A DNA stretch of 64,000 nucleotides. It comes from Halarcobacter sp. (GTDB lineage Bacteria; Campylobacterota; Campylobacteria; Campylobacterales; Arcobacteraceae). Each line of letters opens with the position of its first letter. The first letter of the stretch is position 1. Position numbers and translations under genes: made by a program. Location of the stretch: assembly GCA_963676565.1 (NCBI GenBank), contig OY781089.1, positions 608,001 to 672,000 of the forward strand, written 5' to 3'. This document shows, piece by piece, positions 27,401 to 38,082 of the stretch. The notes beneath the pieces were generated by a model. It worked only from the letters and a program-made list of their open reading frames with translations, was not told where the DNA came from and did not search any database.

Positions 27401-27445
27401 GCATCTATCCTTTCAACGTTAGATATTATATAGTTTTAAGACTTA

Positions 27446-29227
27446 TTAAAAAATATAATTCTTTTTGTACCAAATTGAAAAAATAAATAAACTCCATAAA
27501 TGTTGTTTAAATTTTTTATTTTTAGATAAATTATAGATTTGTTTTATGTATTCATCATTGAATAAGCCAGTTTCTTTGTTAACAAGTAAAATAGTATCTA
27601 AAATAGAATCTTTATATTCTTCATGAATCCATTCATTAAAAGGGGAATTAAAACCCTTTTTAGTTCTATGAATGATTTTTTCAGGTATATATTTAGATGC
27701 AATTTTTTTAAGAAGATATTTATTAGTATCTCCCACTTTTATTTTTGAATCAATTGAAAAAACTAAATCAACTAATCTATAGTCTAGAAATGGCGTTCTA
27801 AGCTCTAAAGAGTTGTTCATTGATATTCTATCAACTTTACTTAGTAAAGCCTCTCCTAGCCATATTTTTAAGTCTATATAGCTCATCCAATCAACGGGGT
27901 CTTTTTTAGGATTTTCAGATTTAAATGTAGGAACTTTATTAAATAACCTTTTTTTCTGTGAATCTGAAAAAATTTCACCAAAAGAGTTATATAGGGTTTG
28001 TTTTTTTACTATTCTTCTTAAATATTCACTCTCTTTAGTATTATTTTGTAAGGCACCAATTATGGAGTTTAAAAAATCATTTTGACCACTACTTAAAGTT
28101 TTTTCAAAATCATAATATCTTAAAAACTTTGCATAATTATCATAACCTAAAAAAAGTTCATCGCTTCCTTCTCCACTTAAAACTGTTTTTATTCCCATCT
28201 TATGGATTTTATTAGTTAAAATATTCAATGGAATTGCAGCACTATCACCATGGGGTTGTTCTAAAGCTAGTAAAGTGTTTTCAAAATACTCTATAAAATC
28301 ATTCTTTGAAATAGTTACAGGATGGTGATTAGAGTTGATGTGTTCAGCTGTAATTTTAGCAAAATTAAGTTCACAATAGTTTTTATATTCATCATATCCA
28401 ATTGAAAAGGTATTGATTTTCTTATTTGTAATTTTTGAATAAAGTGCAGAGATTAAAGAGCTATCAATTCCACCACTTAATAAACTTCCAACCTCTACAT
28501 CAGAAACCAGTCTTGATTCAACACATTTGAAAAGAAGTTCCTCAATGGAAACTAAAGCTTCATCTTCTGTTTTTATTCTTTTGTATGTATTGATTTTATA
28601 ATACTTCTTCATTGAGATTGTATTATTCTTTAAAATCATATATGTAGAGTTTTCTAAGGCATTAATCCCTTGATAAAAACTATTTTCACCTAAAGGGACA
28701 AAATATTGTAAATATTGAGATAAGGCTACTTTATTTAATTTTGGAGTTGTTCCAAGTATATTTATAATAGATTTGATTGAACTTGAAAAAATGAAACTTC
28801 TCCCATCAAAGTGGTAGAAAAAAGGTTTTTTCCCATATCTATCCCTAGCACAAAAATACTTATCCTCTTTTATATCGTAAATACAAAAGCTAAACATTCC
28901 ATTTATTTTATTTAAAAATTTCTCTTGGTATTTTTGATAGAGTCTAATCAAAACCTCTGTATCTGAAGCAGTTTTAACTTCTAGATTTTCCTCTTTTATA
29001 AGCTCTTTATAGTTATATATTTCACCATTAAAAACAATTAATATATCGTCAAAAACCATAGGTTGATTTGCTTCATTGTCTAAATCAATTATTGATAATC
29101 TTGTATGACCAAAAAGTTTATCATCTACTTGAACTTTTTTATTAAAATCAGGACCTCTATTATTTAAGTTCTCTAAAGCTTTATCAAAATTTGATGAAAG
29201 GAAGTTACAACCTAATATACCACACAT
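27446..29227 (-). CDS. asnB: Asparagine synthase (glutamine-hydrolysing) family amidotransferase
   Basis: MCGI, RGPD, HTRLSIID, FNGEIYN, LSGGIDSS, SGEGSDE. Confidence 0.93.
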   Translation of the reverse strand: MCGILGCNFLSSNFDKALENLNNRGPDFNKKVQVDDKLFGHTRLSIIDLDNEANQPMVFDDILIVFNGEIYNYKELIKEENLEVKTASDTEVLIRLYQKYQEKFLNKINGMFSFCIYDIKEDKYFCARDRYGKKPFFYHFDGRSFIFSSSIKSIINILGTTPKLNKVALSQYLQYFVPLGENSFYQGINALENSTYMILKNNTISMKKYYKINTYKRIKTEDEALVSIEELLFKCVESRLVSDVEVGSLLSGGIDSSLISALYSKITNKKINTFSIGYDEYKNYCELNFAKITAEHINSNHHPVTISKNDFIEYFENTLLALEQPHGDSAAIPLNILTNKIHKMGIKTVLSGEGSDELFLGYDNYAKFLRYYDFEKTLSSGQNDFLNSIIGALQNNTKESEYLRRIVKKQTLYNSFGEIFSDSQKKRLFNKVPTFKSENPKKDPVDWMSYIDLKIWLGEALLSKVDRISMNNSLELRTPFLDYRLVDLVFSIDSKIKVGDTNKYLLKKIASKYIPEKIIHRTKKGFNSPFNEWIHEEYKDSILDTILLVNKETGLFNDEYIKQIYNLSKNKKFKQHLWSLFIFSIWYKKNYIF

Positions 29228-29229
29228 TT

Positions 29230-30147
29230 TTATAGTCCGAAAAAGTTATGAATTATAAGAATATAGATATAAATAAAAGCAACAAATACAGCAGAACTAA
29301 TTAAAACAGAAAATGTTGTATCTATTGGTTTACAATTGTATAAAGCTGACAGATTTACATTATTTACAGCTAAAGGTACAAGAAGTTCTAAAAAGATAAT
29401 TGCGCCAATAAATGGCTCTACATCAAATAGGAAAATTACATAAATACCAACTAAAGGAAGAACTATATGTTTAAATAAAGAGATATTTAATGCCAATTTC
29501 CAGTTTGCACTTCTAATTTTTACTTGGGACATAAATATCCCAAAAATTACTAATTGCATTACAATTGCTGCATAAGCACCCATAGTAAAAAATTTATCAA
29601 ACTCTTCACTTAATGTAAAACCAAAGTGGTTAAAGGCTAAAGCAATTATTGTTACATGAATGGCAGGGATTTTAAAAACCTCTTTTAAGGCATCAATAAA
29701 TCTAAATTTATCTCCAGCAAAAAAGTATACAGAGAAGATATAGATAAAAAATACATTTGCAATATTTAAAATAGAAGTATAAGGAACTGACGCAACTCCA
29801 AATAAAGCAATTCCTAAAGGAATCCCAAGATTTCCAGTATTCCCAACTAAAGATACTGCTCTGAAAATAGATCTATCTTGAACTTCGGTTTTAAAAATAA
29901 TTCTTGAATAAAAAAGTGCTAAGGCTAAGGTTATAAATATTACTACAAAATATATAAGTGGTGATAGTATAAATTGTTCATTAATAGGAGCTCTAGTTAA
30001 ACCCCAAAAAATAAGTATTGGTTGTAAAAAGTATAAGTTTAATAAAACAATCGTTTTTTCATTTACTTGCTCTTTGTATACAAGTTTAAAAATAAAACCT
30101 ATAATAATAAATAAATAGATTGTTGCTACTGAGATTAGTGTTTCGAT
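29230..30147 (-). CDS. AEC (auxin efflux carrier) family transporter, 305 aa, apparent ATC start
   Basis: Frame stays open 188 codons upstream of the tracked ATG and includes GNTGNLGIPL; AAAGGA SD 6 nt before ATC; in-frame stop just upstream. Confidence 0.8.
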   Translation of the reverse strand: METLISVATIYLFIIIGFIFKLVYKEQVNEKTIVLLNLYFLQPILIFWGLTRAPINEQFILSPLIYFVVIFITLALALFYSRIIFKTEVQDRSIFRAVSLVGNTGNLGIPLGIALFGVASVPYTSILNIANVFFIYIFSVYFFAGDKFRFIDALKEVFKIPAIHVTIIALAFNHFGFTLSEEFDKFFTMGAYAAIVMQLVIFGIFMSQVKIRSANWKLALNISLFKHIVLPLVGIYVIFLFDVEPFIGAIIFLELLVPLAVNNVNLSALYNCKPIDTTFSVLISSAVFVAFIYIYILIIHNFFGL

Positions 30148-30202
30148 AAAACGTCCTTTTTTAAAAAGGACATTTTATCATAATGTAGTAGTACCTTAGC
30201 TT

Positions 30203-31783
30203 TTAAGCCATTATACCTTTTATCATAAAGAAAATCGCAGCAGATAACAATGCTGCAGCAGGAACTGTAATAATCCATGCAGCAATAATTTTTTTAACTG
30301 CATCTCTTTTTACATATTTAACTCTTTTTGCAAGTTTGAACTCTTTTTTCTCTTCTCTTACTTGATCTATTTTTTCATCAATAAGTTTGTAAAGTTCTGC
30401 AATTCTTACATAGTCTGATTTACTTTTTTTTTCTAATTTTTCTAGTCCTACTAATTCAAGTTCATAGTTTTCTAGAATTTTCTTATCTCTTTTAAACTTT
30501 CTTCTCGTATCTGCAATAAATTTTGATTCTGATGAGTCTAGAAATTCCCTTAAGAAACCAACACCAAAAACACCACCAACAGCAATATGTGTTGATGAAA
30601 CTGGTAATCCTAGTTGAGAAGCAATAATAACTGTTATAGCTGCAGCCATTGCTATTGAGAAGGCTCTTACTTGGTCAAGCTCAGTAATTTCAGATCCAAC
30701 AGTTTTAATCAGTTTTGGGCCATATAAAGCAAGTCCAATTGAGATACCAACTGCACCAACTGCCATAACCCAAAAAGGAATACCAACTTTAGTATTAATT
30801 CCAGCACTCATAACGGCATCACTAATAGCTGCTAATGGTCCTATTGCATTTGCAACATCATTTGCACCATGGGCAAAAGATAAAAGTGCAGCAGCAAAAA
30901 TTAAAGGAATAGTAAATAAAGTATTTACACCCTCTCTATCATTTGAGATTTTTTTTGAAGCTTTTGCAATAGCTGGTTTTACTAATACATAACAAATTAC
31001 AGCAATTACAATACCAATACCAGCTGCTGTAAAGAAATCAAGTTTGATAAGTTTTTTTATACCTTTTAAAATGATATATGTAGAAAATGCCCATGTCATG
31101 ACAGCAACTAAAATGGGTACAAATTTATTTGCGGCTTCAATTAAATCTTTTTGATACATTATGTTGCGTTTAATATAGTATAAAAATGAAGCAGCAATGA
31201 TCCCCCCTAATACAGGAGAAATAACCCATGAAGCAGCAATTTTTCCCATTGTTCCCCATGAAACAATTGCAAATCCAGCAGCAGCAATTCCTGCTCCCAT
31301 TACTCCACCAACAATAGAGTGTGTAGTTGAAACAGGAGCTCCAATAGAAGTTGCAAAGTTTAACCATAAAGCAGCAGATAATAAAGCAGCTGTCATCGCC
31401 CAAATAAAGATATCAGGATTTGTAATTAAAGCTGGGTCAATAATTCCCTTTTTAATTGTTTTAACAACATCTCCCCCTGCAATAAAAGCTCCTAAAGCTT
31501 CAAAAACGGCAGCAATAACAATAGCCCACATTAATGTAATAGCTTTAGAACCAACTGCAGGCCCTACATTATTCGCAACGTCGTTTGCCCCAATATTCAT
31601 AGCCATATATGCACCAAAAACTGCACCTATAACTAAAAACATATGATTTTGAACTCCACCATGAGAATTGTAAGACCATAAAAACACCACTACCATAAAT
31701 AAAAGTGCTAGTGATAGTTTTGCAAACCCTGGTAAGGTTTTTTCCCTTGCCTTATCAAAACTTTCCATTGTGTTAATATCCAA
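30203..31783 (-). CDS. Inorganic phosphate transporter (PiT family)
   Basis: GANDVAN twice; PVSTTH and PVSSTH. Confidence 0.95.
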   Translation of the reverse strand: MDINTMESFDKAREKTLPGFAKLSLALLFMVVVFLWSYNSHGGVQNHMFLVIGAVFGAYMAMNIGANDVANNVGPAVGSKAITLMWAIVIAAVFEALGAFIAGGDVVKTIKKGIIDPALITNPDIFIWAMTAALLSAALWLNFATSIGAPVSTTHSIVGGVMGAGIAAAGFAIVSWGTMGKIAASWVISPVLGGIIAASFLYYIKRNIMYQKDLIEAANKFVPILVAVMTWAFSTYIILKGIKKLIKLDFFTAAGIGIVIAVICYVLVKPAIAKASKKISNDREGVNTLFTIPLIFAAALLSFAHGANDVANAIGPLAAISDAVMSAGINTKVGIPFWVMAVGAVGISIGLALYGPKLIKTVGSEITELDQVRAFSIAMAAAITVIIASQLGLPVSSTHIAVGGVFGVGFLREFLDSSESKFIADTRRKFKRDKKILENYELELVGLEKLEKKSKSDYVRIAELYKLIDEKIDQVREEKKEFKLAKRVKYVKRDAVKKIIAAWIITVPAAALLSAAIFFMIKGIMA

Positions 31784-32052
31784 TGAGTATCCTTTTTTGT
31801 AATTGTTTTGTAATTTAATTTTGATAGGATTCTACTGGGATATTATTTACAAATTCTTTAATTATGCTTAAAATATTTATTACTAAAATACTTAAATACA
31901 ATAAAATATCTATATTTTATTCCTTGCAAATTTTGAAATTTATCATTACTTTTTCCTTAAAAAAATAAATTTTTTTCTTAAAGCTTGACAAATTAAATTT
32001 TTTTATGTAATATAGGCATAAAATATAGAGAAAATAAATAAAAGGAGACAAA

Positions 32053-32265
32053 ATGAGTATTTCAATCATTAGAGAACAAGATTCTAACACTATCTCTAAA
32101 ATTAAAAAGAAGTATGATGTATTTAGAGTTATTACAATGAAAAAAGGTAATTTAAATATTATTGAATTTTTTAATAAAGATGGTGCATTTAGAGGATTTG
32201 GGAAAAGTTCAAAAGAAGCTTATAGAAAAGCTAAGAAAACACTTAAAAACTACTACGCAGCTTAA
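32053..32265 (+). CDS. Small basic hypothetical protein (70 aa)
   Basis: AAGGAG SD; TTGACA -35 upstream. Confidence 0.7.
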   Translation: MSISIIREQDSNTISKIKKKYDVFRVITMKKGNLNIIEFFNKDGAFRGFGKSSKEAYRKAKKTLKNYYAA

Positions 32266-32283
32266 GCGTTAAAGAAGAAGAGC

Positions 32284-33759
32284 TTAAGCTCTTCTTCCTC
32301 TTCTTTCTGATGAATTTCTATCCGATGAGTTTCTATTTCTAGATCTTCCACCTCTATCATTTCTAGGTTTTCCACCTCTGTTATATCCACCTCGGCCTCT
32401 ACCTCTTGAGTTTCTATCACCACCTCTATCATTTTGAAGTCTTTCAAAAAGTCTTTGGATGTCATTTTCTGATTTACCTATATAGTTCCCACCTTTAACA
32501 TATGTCTCATTTGTTAAAATAGAAGCTAGTTTATGGGCAATAGTTGATAAGTCATATCCTTCTTTTAGAGATTCAACTAAATCAATCCCAGAATCATAAA
32601 CTTTTTGATCTATAATTTTACTTTTTAATGAATCAGTTTTTTTCTCTTTTACAGAATTAATATTTGGGATAACTTTTGCTTCAAGTTTTCCACCTGTATC
32701 TTTTTGAATTTTTTGTAACATTCTAAATTCATGTGGAGTAACAATTGAAACTGCCATACCCTCTTTACCAGCACGTCCAGTTCTACCAATTCTATGAACA
32801 TAAGATTCTGAATCAAATGGTAAGTGGTAATTAAATACGTGAGTTACGTCATTAACGTCTAATCCCCTTGCAGCAACATCTGTAGCAATTAAAATCTCTA
32901 ATTTACTTTTTTTAAATGCTTTAATAGCTTCTTCTCTTTGTCTTTGTTCCATATCTCCATGAAGTCCCTTTGCTGAGAAACCTTGAGATACTAAAAAAGT
33001 AGAAAGTCTATCAACTTCTTTTTTTGTTCTACAAAAAATAATAGATTTTTCAGGGTTTTTAAAATCATACAGTCTAATTAATGCATCATCTCTTTCATGT
33101 TCATCAACAACATAAAAAGATTGAGTGATTTTTGAATTTGTAACTTCACTTTGTGTGATTGTAATAAACTCTGGCTCTTTTAAAATAGATTTAGCTAAAT
33201 TTTTAATAGCTGTTGGCATAGTTGCCGAGAATAACAATGTTTGTCTTTGATCAGGAAGATATGTAAAAATCTCTTTTATATCATCCAAAAATCCCATATC
33301 TAACATCTCATCTGCTTCATCTAAAACAACAAAAGATGGTTTAATATTGATTTTTCCACCCTTTAAAAGATCTAGAAATCTTCCTGGTGTAGCAATAATT
33401 ATACCTGCATTTTCCACATGTTTTAATTGTCTTGAATATGATTGTCCACCATAAACAGTTGCTGTATTAATTTTTAGATTTTTACCAAATCTAAATAACT
33501 CATCTGAAACTTGCATTGCTAGTTCTCTAGTTGGAACAATAACTACAGCTTCAACACTGCCATTTGCTTTCATCATATTTAATAATGGAAGTCCAAATGC
33601 AGCAGTTTTACCTGTACCTGTATGTGCTTGTCCAACAATATCTTTCCCTTCTAAAACTACTGGGATAGCGTCTTTTTGGATTGGACTTGGCTCTTTAAAT
33701 CCAGCTTCATTGATCGCATCTTGCAATCTCTCTTTAAAATTAAACTCGTTAAAAGTCAT
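32284..33759 (-). CDS. DEAD-box RNA helicase (DeaD/CshA-like) with RG-rich tail
   Basis: GTGKT, PTRELA, DEAD, SAT, HRIGRTGR. Confidence 0.97.
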   Translation of the reverse strand: MTFNEFNFKERLQDAINEAGFKEPSPIQKDAIPVVLEGKDIVGQAHTGTGKTAAFGLPLLNMMKANGSVEAVVIVPTRELAMQVSDELFRFGKNLKINTATVYGGQSYSRQLKHVENAGIIIATPGRFLDLLKGGKINIKPSFVVLDEADEMLDMGFLDDIKEIFTYLPDQRQTLLFSATMPTAIKNLAKSILKEPEFITITQSEVTNSKITQSFYVVDEHERDDALIRLYDFKNPEKSIIFCRTKKEVDRLSTFLVSQGFSAKGLHGDMEQRQREEAIKAFKKSKLEILIATDVAARGLDVNDVTHVFNYHLPFDSESYVHRIGRTGRAGKEGMAVSIVTPHEFRMLQKIQKDTGGKLEAKVIPNINSVKEKKTDSLKSKIIDQKVYDSGIDLVESLKEGYDLSTIAHKLASILTNETYVKGGNYIGKSENDIQRLFERLQNDRGGDRNSRGRGRGGYNRGGKPRNDRGGRSRNRNSSDRNSSERRGRRA

Positions 33760-33951
33760 TTGTTACCTTAATATGTAAATTTAATACACATCAATATAAC
33801 CTTTAACTCAAAACTAAGTATTAAATTAAAAAACTGCGTAAATCGATATTTAAACAGGAGCTTGAATTGCAGACTCAAAGTAAACTATAGATTATATTTT
33901 CGTGTAAGTTGCGGATTATATCTAAATTAAGATAAATATAAGCTTTTATAG

Positions 33952-33977
33952 AATAAGAGTGGTTTCCCACTCTTATT
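33952..33977 (-). terminator. Intrinsic terminator after accC
   Basis: AATAAGAGTGG-TTTC-CCACTCTTATT. Confidence 0.7.
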
Positions 33978-35329
33978 TATAGGTCTTCTAAACCTTTGTA
34001 GTTTTCTAAATATTTTGTATCGTAGTTATTTGAAATGAAGTCTTTATTTTCCATCATTTTAATATGGAATGGAATTGTTGTTTTAATCCCTTCTACTTCA
34101 AATTCGTTTAAAGCTCTTTTCATAATATTGATAGCTTTCTCTCTATCTCTTCCCCAAACAATTAGTTTTCCAATCATTGAGTCATAGTATGGTGGAACTA
34201 CATATCCAGCATAAACATGTGAATCAACTCTTACGTTTCTTCCACCTGGAACAAACCATTGTTTTACTTTTCCTGGACAAGGTAAGAAGTTATTTGGATC
34301 TTCTGCCGTGATTCTAACCTCAATTGCATGACCTCTAAATTTGATAGACTCTTGAGAAGGTAATTCCTCACCTTCAGCTACTCTAATCATCCATTCAACA
34401 ATATCAAGACCTGATACCATTTCTGAAACAGGATGTTCAACTTGAAGTCTTGTATTCATCTCCATGAAGTATACATTTTGTTTATCATCAGCTAAAAACT
34501 CAAATGTACCAGCACCTTCATATTTTAAATATTTAGTAGCTTTTACAGCAACATCATGAAGATGTTTTCTTGTTTCATCACTTAATAAAATTGCCGGTGA
34601 TTCTTCAATAACTTTTTGGTGTCTTCTTTGTAGAGAACAATCTCTTTCCCCAACATGGATTGCATTACCATGAGAATCACCAATAACTTGAACCTCAATA
34701 TGTCTTGGGTTATTGATAAATCTTTCAAGGTACATAGTACCATCACCAAAAGCAGCTAAGGCTTCAGAAGATGCAGCTGTAAATAGATTTTCAAACTTTT
34801 CTTCAGAATCAATAAGTCTCATACCTCTACCACCACCACCAGCAGCAGCTTTAGCCATAATAGGATATCCAATCTCTTTAGCAACTCTTTTACCCTCTTC
34901 AACAGAGTGTACAGCACCATCAGAACCAGGAACAACAGGAACACCTGCTCTAATCATCTCATCTTTTGCTTTAGATTTATCAGCCATTTTTTCCATAACT
35001 TGAGTTGATGGACCAATAAACTTAATATTGTGTAATCTACAAATTTCAACAAAATCTTGGTTTTCTGATAAAAATCCATATCCTGGGAAAATTGCATCAC
35101 AACCTGTAATTTCAGCAGCAGTAATAATTGCTGGAATATTTAAATATGAATCGATAGATTTAACATCACCAATACAAATTGCTTCATCAGCATGTTTTAA
35201 ATATGCCGCATTTTTATCTCCTGCAGAATAAACAGCAACAGACTTTTTACCCATCTCTCTAATAGTTCTAATAGCTCTTTGAACTATTTCACCTCTATTG
35301 GCGATTAATATTTTTTTAATTTCAGCCAT
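33977..35329 (-). CDS. accC: Acetyl-CoA carboxylase biotin carboxylase
   Basis: LIANRGEI, GGGGRGM, EMNTRLQVEH. Confidence 0.97.
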   Translation of the reverse strand: MAEIKKILIANRGEIVQRAIRTIREMGKKSVAVYSAGDKNAAYLKHADEAICIGDVKSIDSYLNIPAIITAAEITGCDAIFPGYGFLSENQDFVEICRLHNIKFIGPSTQVMEKMADKSKAKDEMIRAGVPVVPGSDGAVHSVEEGKRVAKEIGYPIMAKAAAGGGGRGMRLIDSEEKFENLFTAASSEALAAFGDGTMYLERFINNPRHIEVQVIGDSHGNAIHVGERDCSLQRRHQKVIEESPAILLSDETRKHLHDVAVKATKYLKYEGAGTFEFLADDKQNVYFMEMNTRLQVEHPVSEMVSGLDIVEWMIRVAEGEELPSQESIKFRGHAIEVRITAEDPNNFLPCPGKVKQWFVPGGRNVRVDSHVYAGYVVPPYYDSMIGKLIVWGRDREKAINIMKRALNEFEVEGIKTTIPFHIKMMENKDFISNNYDTKYLENYKGLEDL

Positions 35330-35343
35330 GTGAAACTCTCAGC

Positions 35344-35817
35344 TTATACTTTTTCAACTAAGAAAAGTGGCATATCATATTCAACTGGTGCAGAGTTATC
35401 AACTAATACTTTTAAAATTTTACAATCAAATTCAGCTTCAACTTCATTCATGATTTTCATTGCTTCTAAGATACATAAAGTTTGACCTTTTTTAACTGTA
35501 TCACCCTCTTTAACAAAAGCAGGTGCTTCTGGAGATGGAGAAGAATAATAAGTTCCAACCATAGGTGCGTTAATAGTATCACCACAAACACTTGGATCTT
35601 CAGTTGAACAAGTTACTGTATTATTTGCAGTAGAAGCAGGCGCAGGAACTGCAACGGGTGCAGGTGCAGCTAAAGCAGTTGGTGCTTGAGTTACAACAGT
35701 ACCACTTTCAAAACCTTTTTGCATAGATAATTCAAACTCACCTTCTTTTAATTTTAATTTACTTAATTCACTTTTATCAAAAATTCTTATTAATTCTTTT
35801 ACTTCTTTAAAATCCAT
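35344..35817 (-). CDS. accB: Biotin carboxyl carrier protein; probable start 35817
   Basis: EAMKIMN; Ala/Pro linker. Confidence 0.96.
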   Translation of the reverse strand: MDFKEVKELIRIFDKSELSKLKLKEGEFELSMQKGFESGTVVTQAPTALAAPAPVAVPAPASTANNTVTCSTEDPSVCGDTINAPMVGTYYSSPSPEAPAFVKEGDTVKKGQTLCILEAMKIMNEVEAEFDCKILKVLVDNSAPVEYDMPLFLVEKV

Positions 35818-36036
35818 ATTTAACCTTTTATTTTTAAATTTAGGCAATAATACCATAAAATTTGTTATAATTTCTTTTTTAAAAATCGATTTTTTTAAAA
35901 AATCTACTCTTTTTAAAGCAAAACTAGTATGAAATTGAATAAAATTAACTAAAAATAGATAAAAAAATAGCAGTTTGTATTTTTACAATTTAAATGAAAT
36001 TTTAATGTAATTAATATGTAACTTTAAAGGATAAGT

Positions 36037-36480
36037 ATGATTAGTGACCTGAACTTTATAAACATTGCCCATGAGATTGCAAGTGCATCAAAATGTGTAT
36101 CTAAACAAGTTGGTGCAGTTATAGTAAAAGATGGAAGAATTTTATCAACTGGATATAATGGAACTCCAGCAGGATATACAAATTGTAGTGAACATTGGAA
36201 TGATGAATATACAAAAGAGCATCATGATTGGTCAAAAACATATGAGATTCATGCTGAGATGAATGCAATTATTTGGGCAGCAAGAAAAGGTATAAGTATA
36301 GAAGATGGTACTATATACGTAACACTAGAACCATGTAGCGAGTGTTCGAAAAATTTAATAGCAGCAGGAATAAAAAGAATCGTTTATGATAAAGCGTATG
36401 AGCATACAAACTCAGAAATTGTATCTAAATTTATTAAAGACAATGGTGTTACAATAGAAAAACTAAATAGAGATGTCTGA
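36037..36480 (+). CDS. dCMP deaminase family protein
   Basis: HAEMNA and PCSEC zinc motifs; STGYNG. Confidence 0.92.
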   Translation: MISDLNFINIAHEIASASKCVSKQVGAVIVKDGRILSTGYNGTPAGYTNCSEHWNDEYTKEHHDWSKTYEIHAEMNAIIWAARKGISIEDGTIYVTLEPCSECSKNLIAAGIKRIVYDKAYEHTNSEIVSKFIKDNGVTIEKLNRDV

Positions 36481-37039
36481 GTTAAATCACAAATTTTATA
36501 AATCATCATATGAAACCTATGGTGTTTCAGCAAAGGGAGTTCACTGGAACTCAATGAAAAATCAATATATTAGATTTGAAGTGTTGACAAAATTTTTTCA
36601 AAAGGATTTAGAAAACTCTTCAATCTTAGATTTAGGTTGTGGCTTTGGTGATTATTTATATTTTTTAGAGAACAAAGAGATTATTCCAAAAGAGTATCTT
36701 GGTATTGATTGTGAAGAGTTTATGGTAGAAGAATCAAAAAAAAGATTCCCTAAAAACGAATTTAAAATATTAAACTTTTTAGAAGAGGAAATTCCTTCAA
36801 AGGATTATATTCTTTGTAGTGGAGCATTAAACATATTAAAAGAGAAAGAGTTTTTTTATGCAATAGAAAAATGTTTTAATTCTTCAAAAAAAGGTTTTGC
36901 CTTTAATTTTTTGAAAAAAGACTCCTTTAATAAGATAAAAGAGGAAACGATTATCGATTTTTGTAATAATTTAAGTAAAAAAGTAATCATCTCAAATCCT
37001 TATTTACCAAACGATACAAGTATATTTATTAAAAAATAG
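36473..37039 (+). CDS. Class I SAM-dependent methyltransferase
   Basis: ILDLGCGFG. Confidence 0.85.
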   Translation: MSELNHKFYKSSYETYGVSAKGVHWNSMKNQYIRFEVLTKFFQKDLENSSILDLGCGFGDYLYFLENKEIIPKEYLGIDCEEFMVEESKKRFPKNEFKILNFLEEEIPSKDYILCSGALNILKEKEFFYAIEKCFNSSKKGFAFNFLKKDSFNKIKEETIIDFCNNLSKKVIISNPYLPNDTSIFIKK

Positions 37040-37054
37040 ATTTCTTAACAATTA

Positions 37055-37939
37055 TCAAACATATTGTATTGGAAGATATAAAGTTGCTTCAAACCTTCCA
37101 CTTGAATGAGTATAATGGTTTTGTTTTAATATAGTATGTGCAGGATTTGTTGTAGTTTCAAAACCACTTTTTGGAAGCCAATCTTGATACACCCATTGTA
37201 ATAATCTTAAGATATCTCCGTGAACTCCACTAATCTCAAAAGAAGCATATAATCCTCCTGAAATTTTAAAATAAGGTAAATTGGTATTAGATAAATCTAT
37301 TTCCTCTTCAACAAAAACTGCTGCAACATAAACACAATCATTTGCTGGGGTAATTACAGGATTATCATGGTAAAAAGCCAATTCTTTGTATTTTGTTATG
37401 TTATTAGTAAAAATCCAAGCTTGAATCTTTTGCCATGTTTTTTTTAATGACTCTTTACTATACCCTTTGTTTCTTAGATAATAAATCTTCATAGGATCAA
37501 CTTTTACAATTTTTGGTTCACTTTTGTCAAGATTTTTAATCTCATCAAAATTAATATCAATATTTTTTAAAATATTATTAGCATAATTTTTATATCCACC
37601 ATCTCTCCAGCTTTTAGGGGTTTCATTAAATCTTAATCTAAAAGCTCTTATAAATGAAGTTTGTGAAGAGTAACCACACATAATAGCAATTTGTTTAATT
37701 GTAGATGATTTATTAGTAAGAAGTAGATTAGAAGCTTTATATAATCTAATATCTTTAATTGCTTCATATATGTTTTTTCCTATTTGTTCTTTGAATATAT
37801 TTTGAAAATATACACGACTAAGTTCAAATTTAGCGGCTAGTTCGTTAATATTTATATCTGTGTCTATATTATTGTATATATAGTTCATTGTATAGTTTGC
37901 TATTTGAGTATGTTTTTTTTGGGTTGTCTTTTTTTGCAT
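37055..37939 (-). CDS. AraC-family regulator with GyrI-like effector domain
   Basis: IAIMCGYSSQTSFIRAF HTH; YHDNP, WLPKSG. Confidence 0.9.
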   Translation of the reverse strand: MQKKTTQKKHTQIANYTMNYIYNNIDTDININELAAKFELSRVYFQNIFKEQIGKNIYEAIKDIRLYKASNLLLTNKSSTIKQIAIMCGYSSQTSFIRAFRLRFNETPKSWRDGGYKNYANNILKNIDINFDEIKNLDKSEPKIVKVDPMKIYYLRNKGYSKESLKKTWQKIQAWIFTNNITKYKELAFYHDNPVITPANDCVYVAAVFVEEEIDLSNTNLPYFKISGGLYASFEISGVHGDILRLLQWVYQDWLPKSGFETTTNPAHTILKQNHYTHSSGRFEATLYLPIQYV

Positions 37940-38082
37940 TTTTCCTTTATTATATTAAAAATAGATATAAAAAATATTAAAAATAGATAACTATTTATCC
38001 AAAATTATCACACTTTTCTTATACAATGATATTAGAATGATTAGATAATGTAAAAAAACCAAAAGGTACACTAGGAGAGAAG

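Noticed and set aside
29230..29583. 117-aa ORF read as a truncated pseudogene
   Set aside because: The frame continues uninterrupted to 30147; the short call results from the missing canonical start.
35325..35340. Third parS-like site (CATGTGAAAC) between accB and accC
   Set aside because: Only a half-site; not palindromic.
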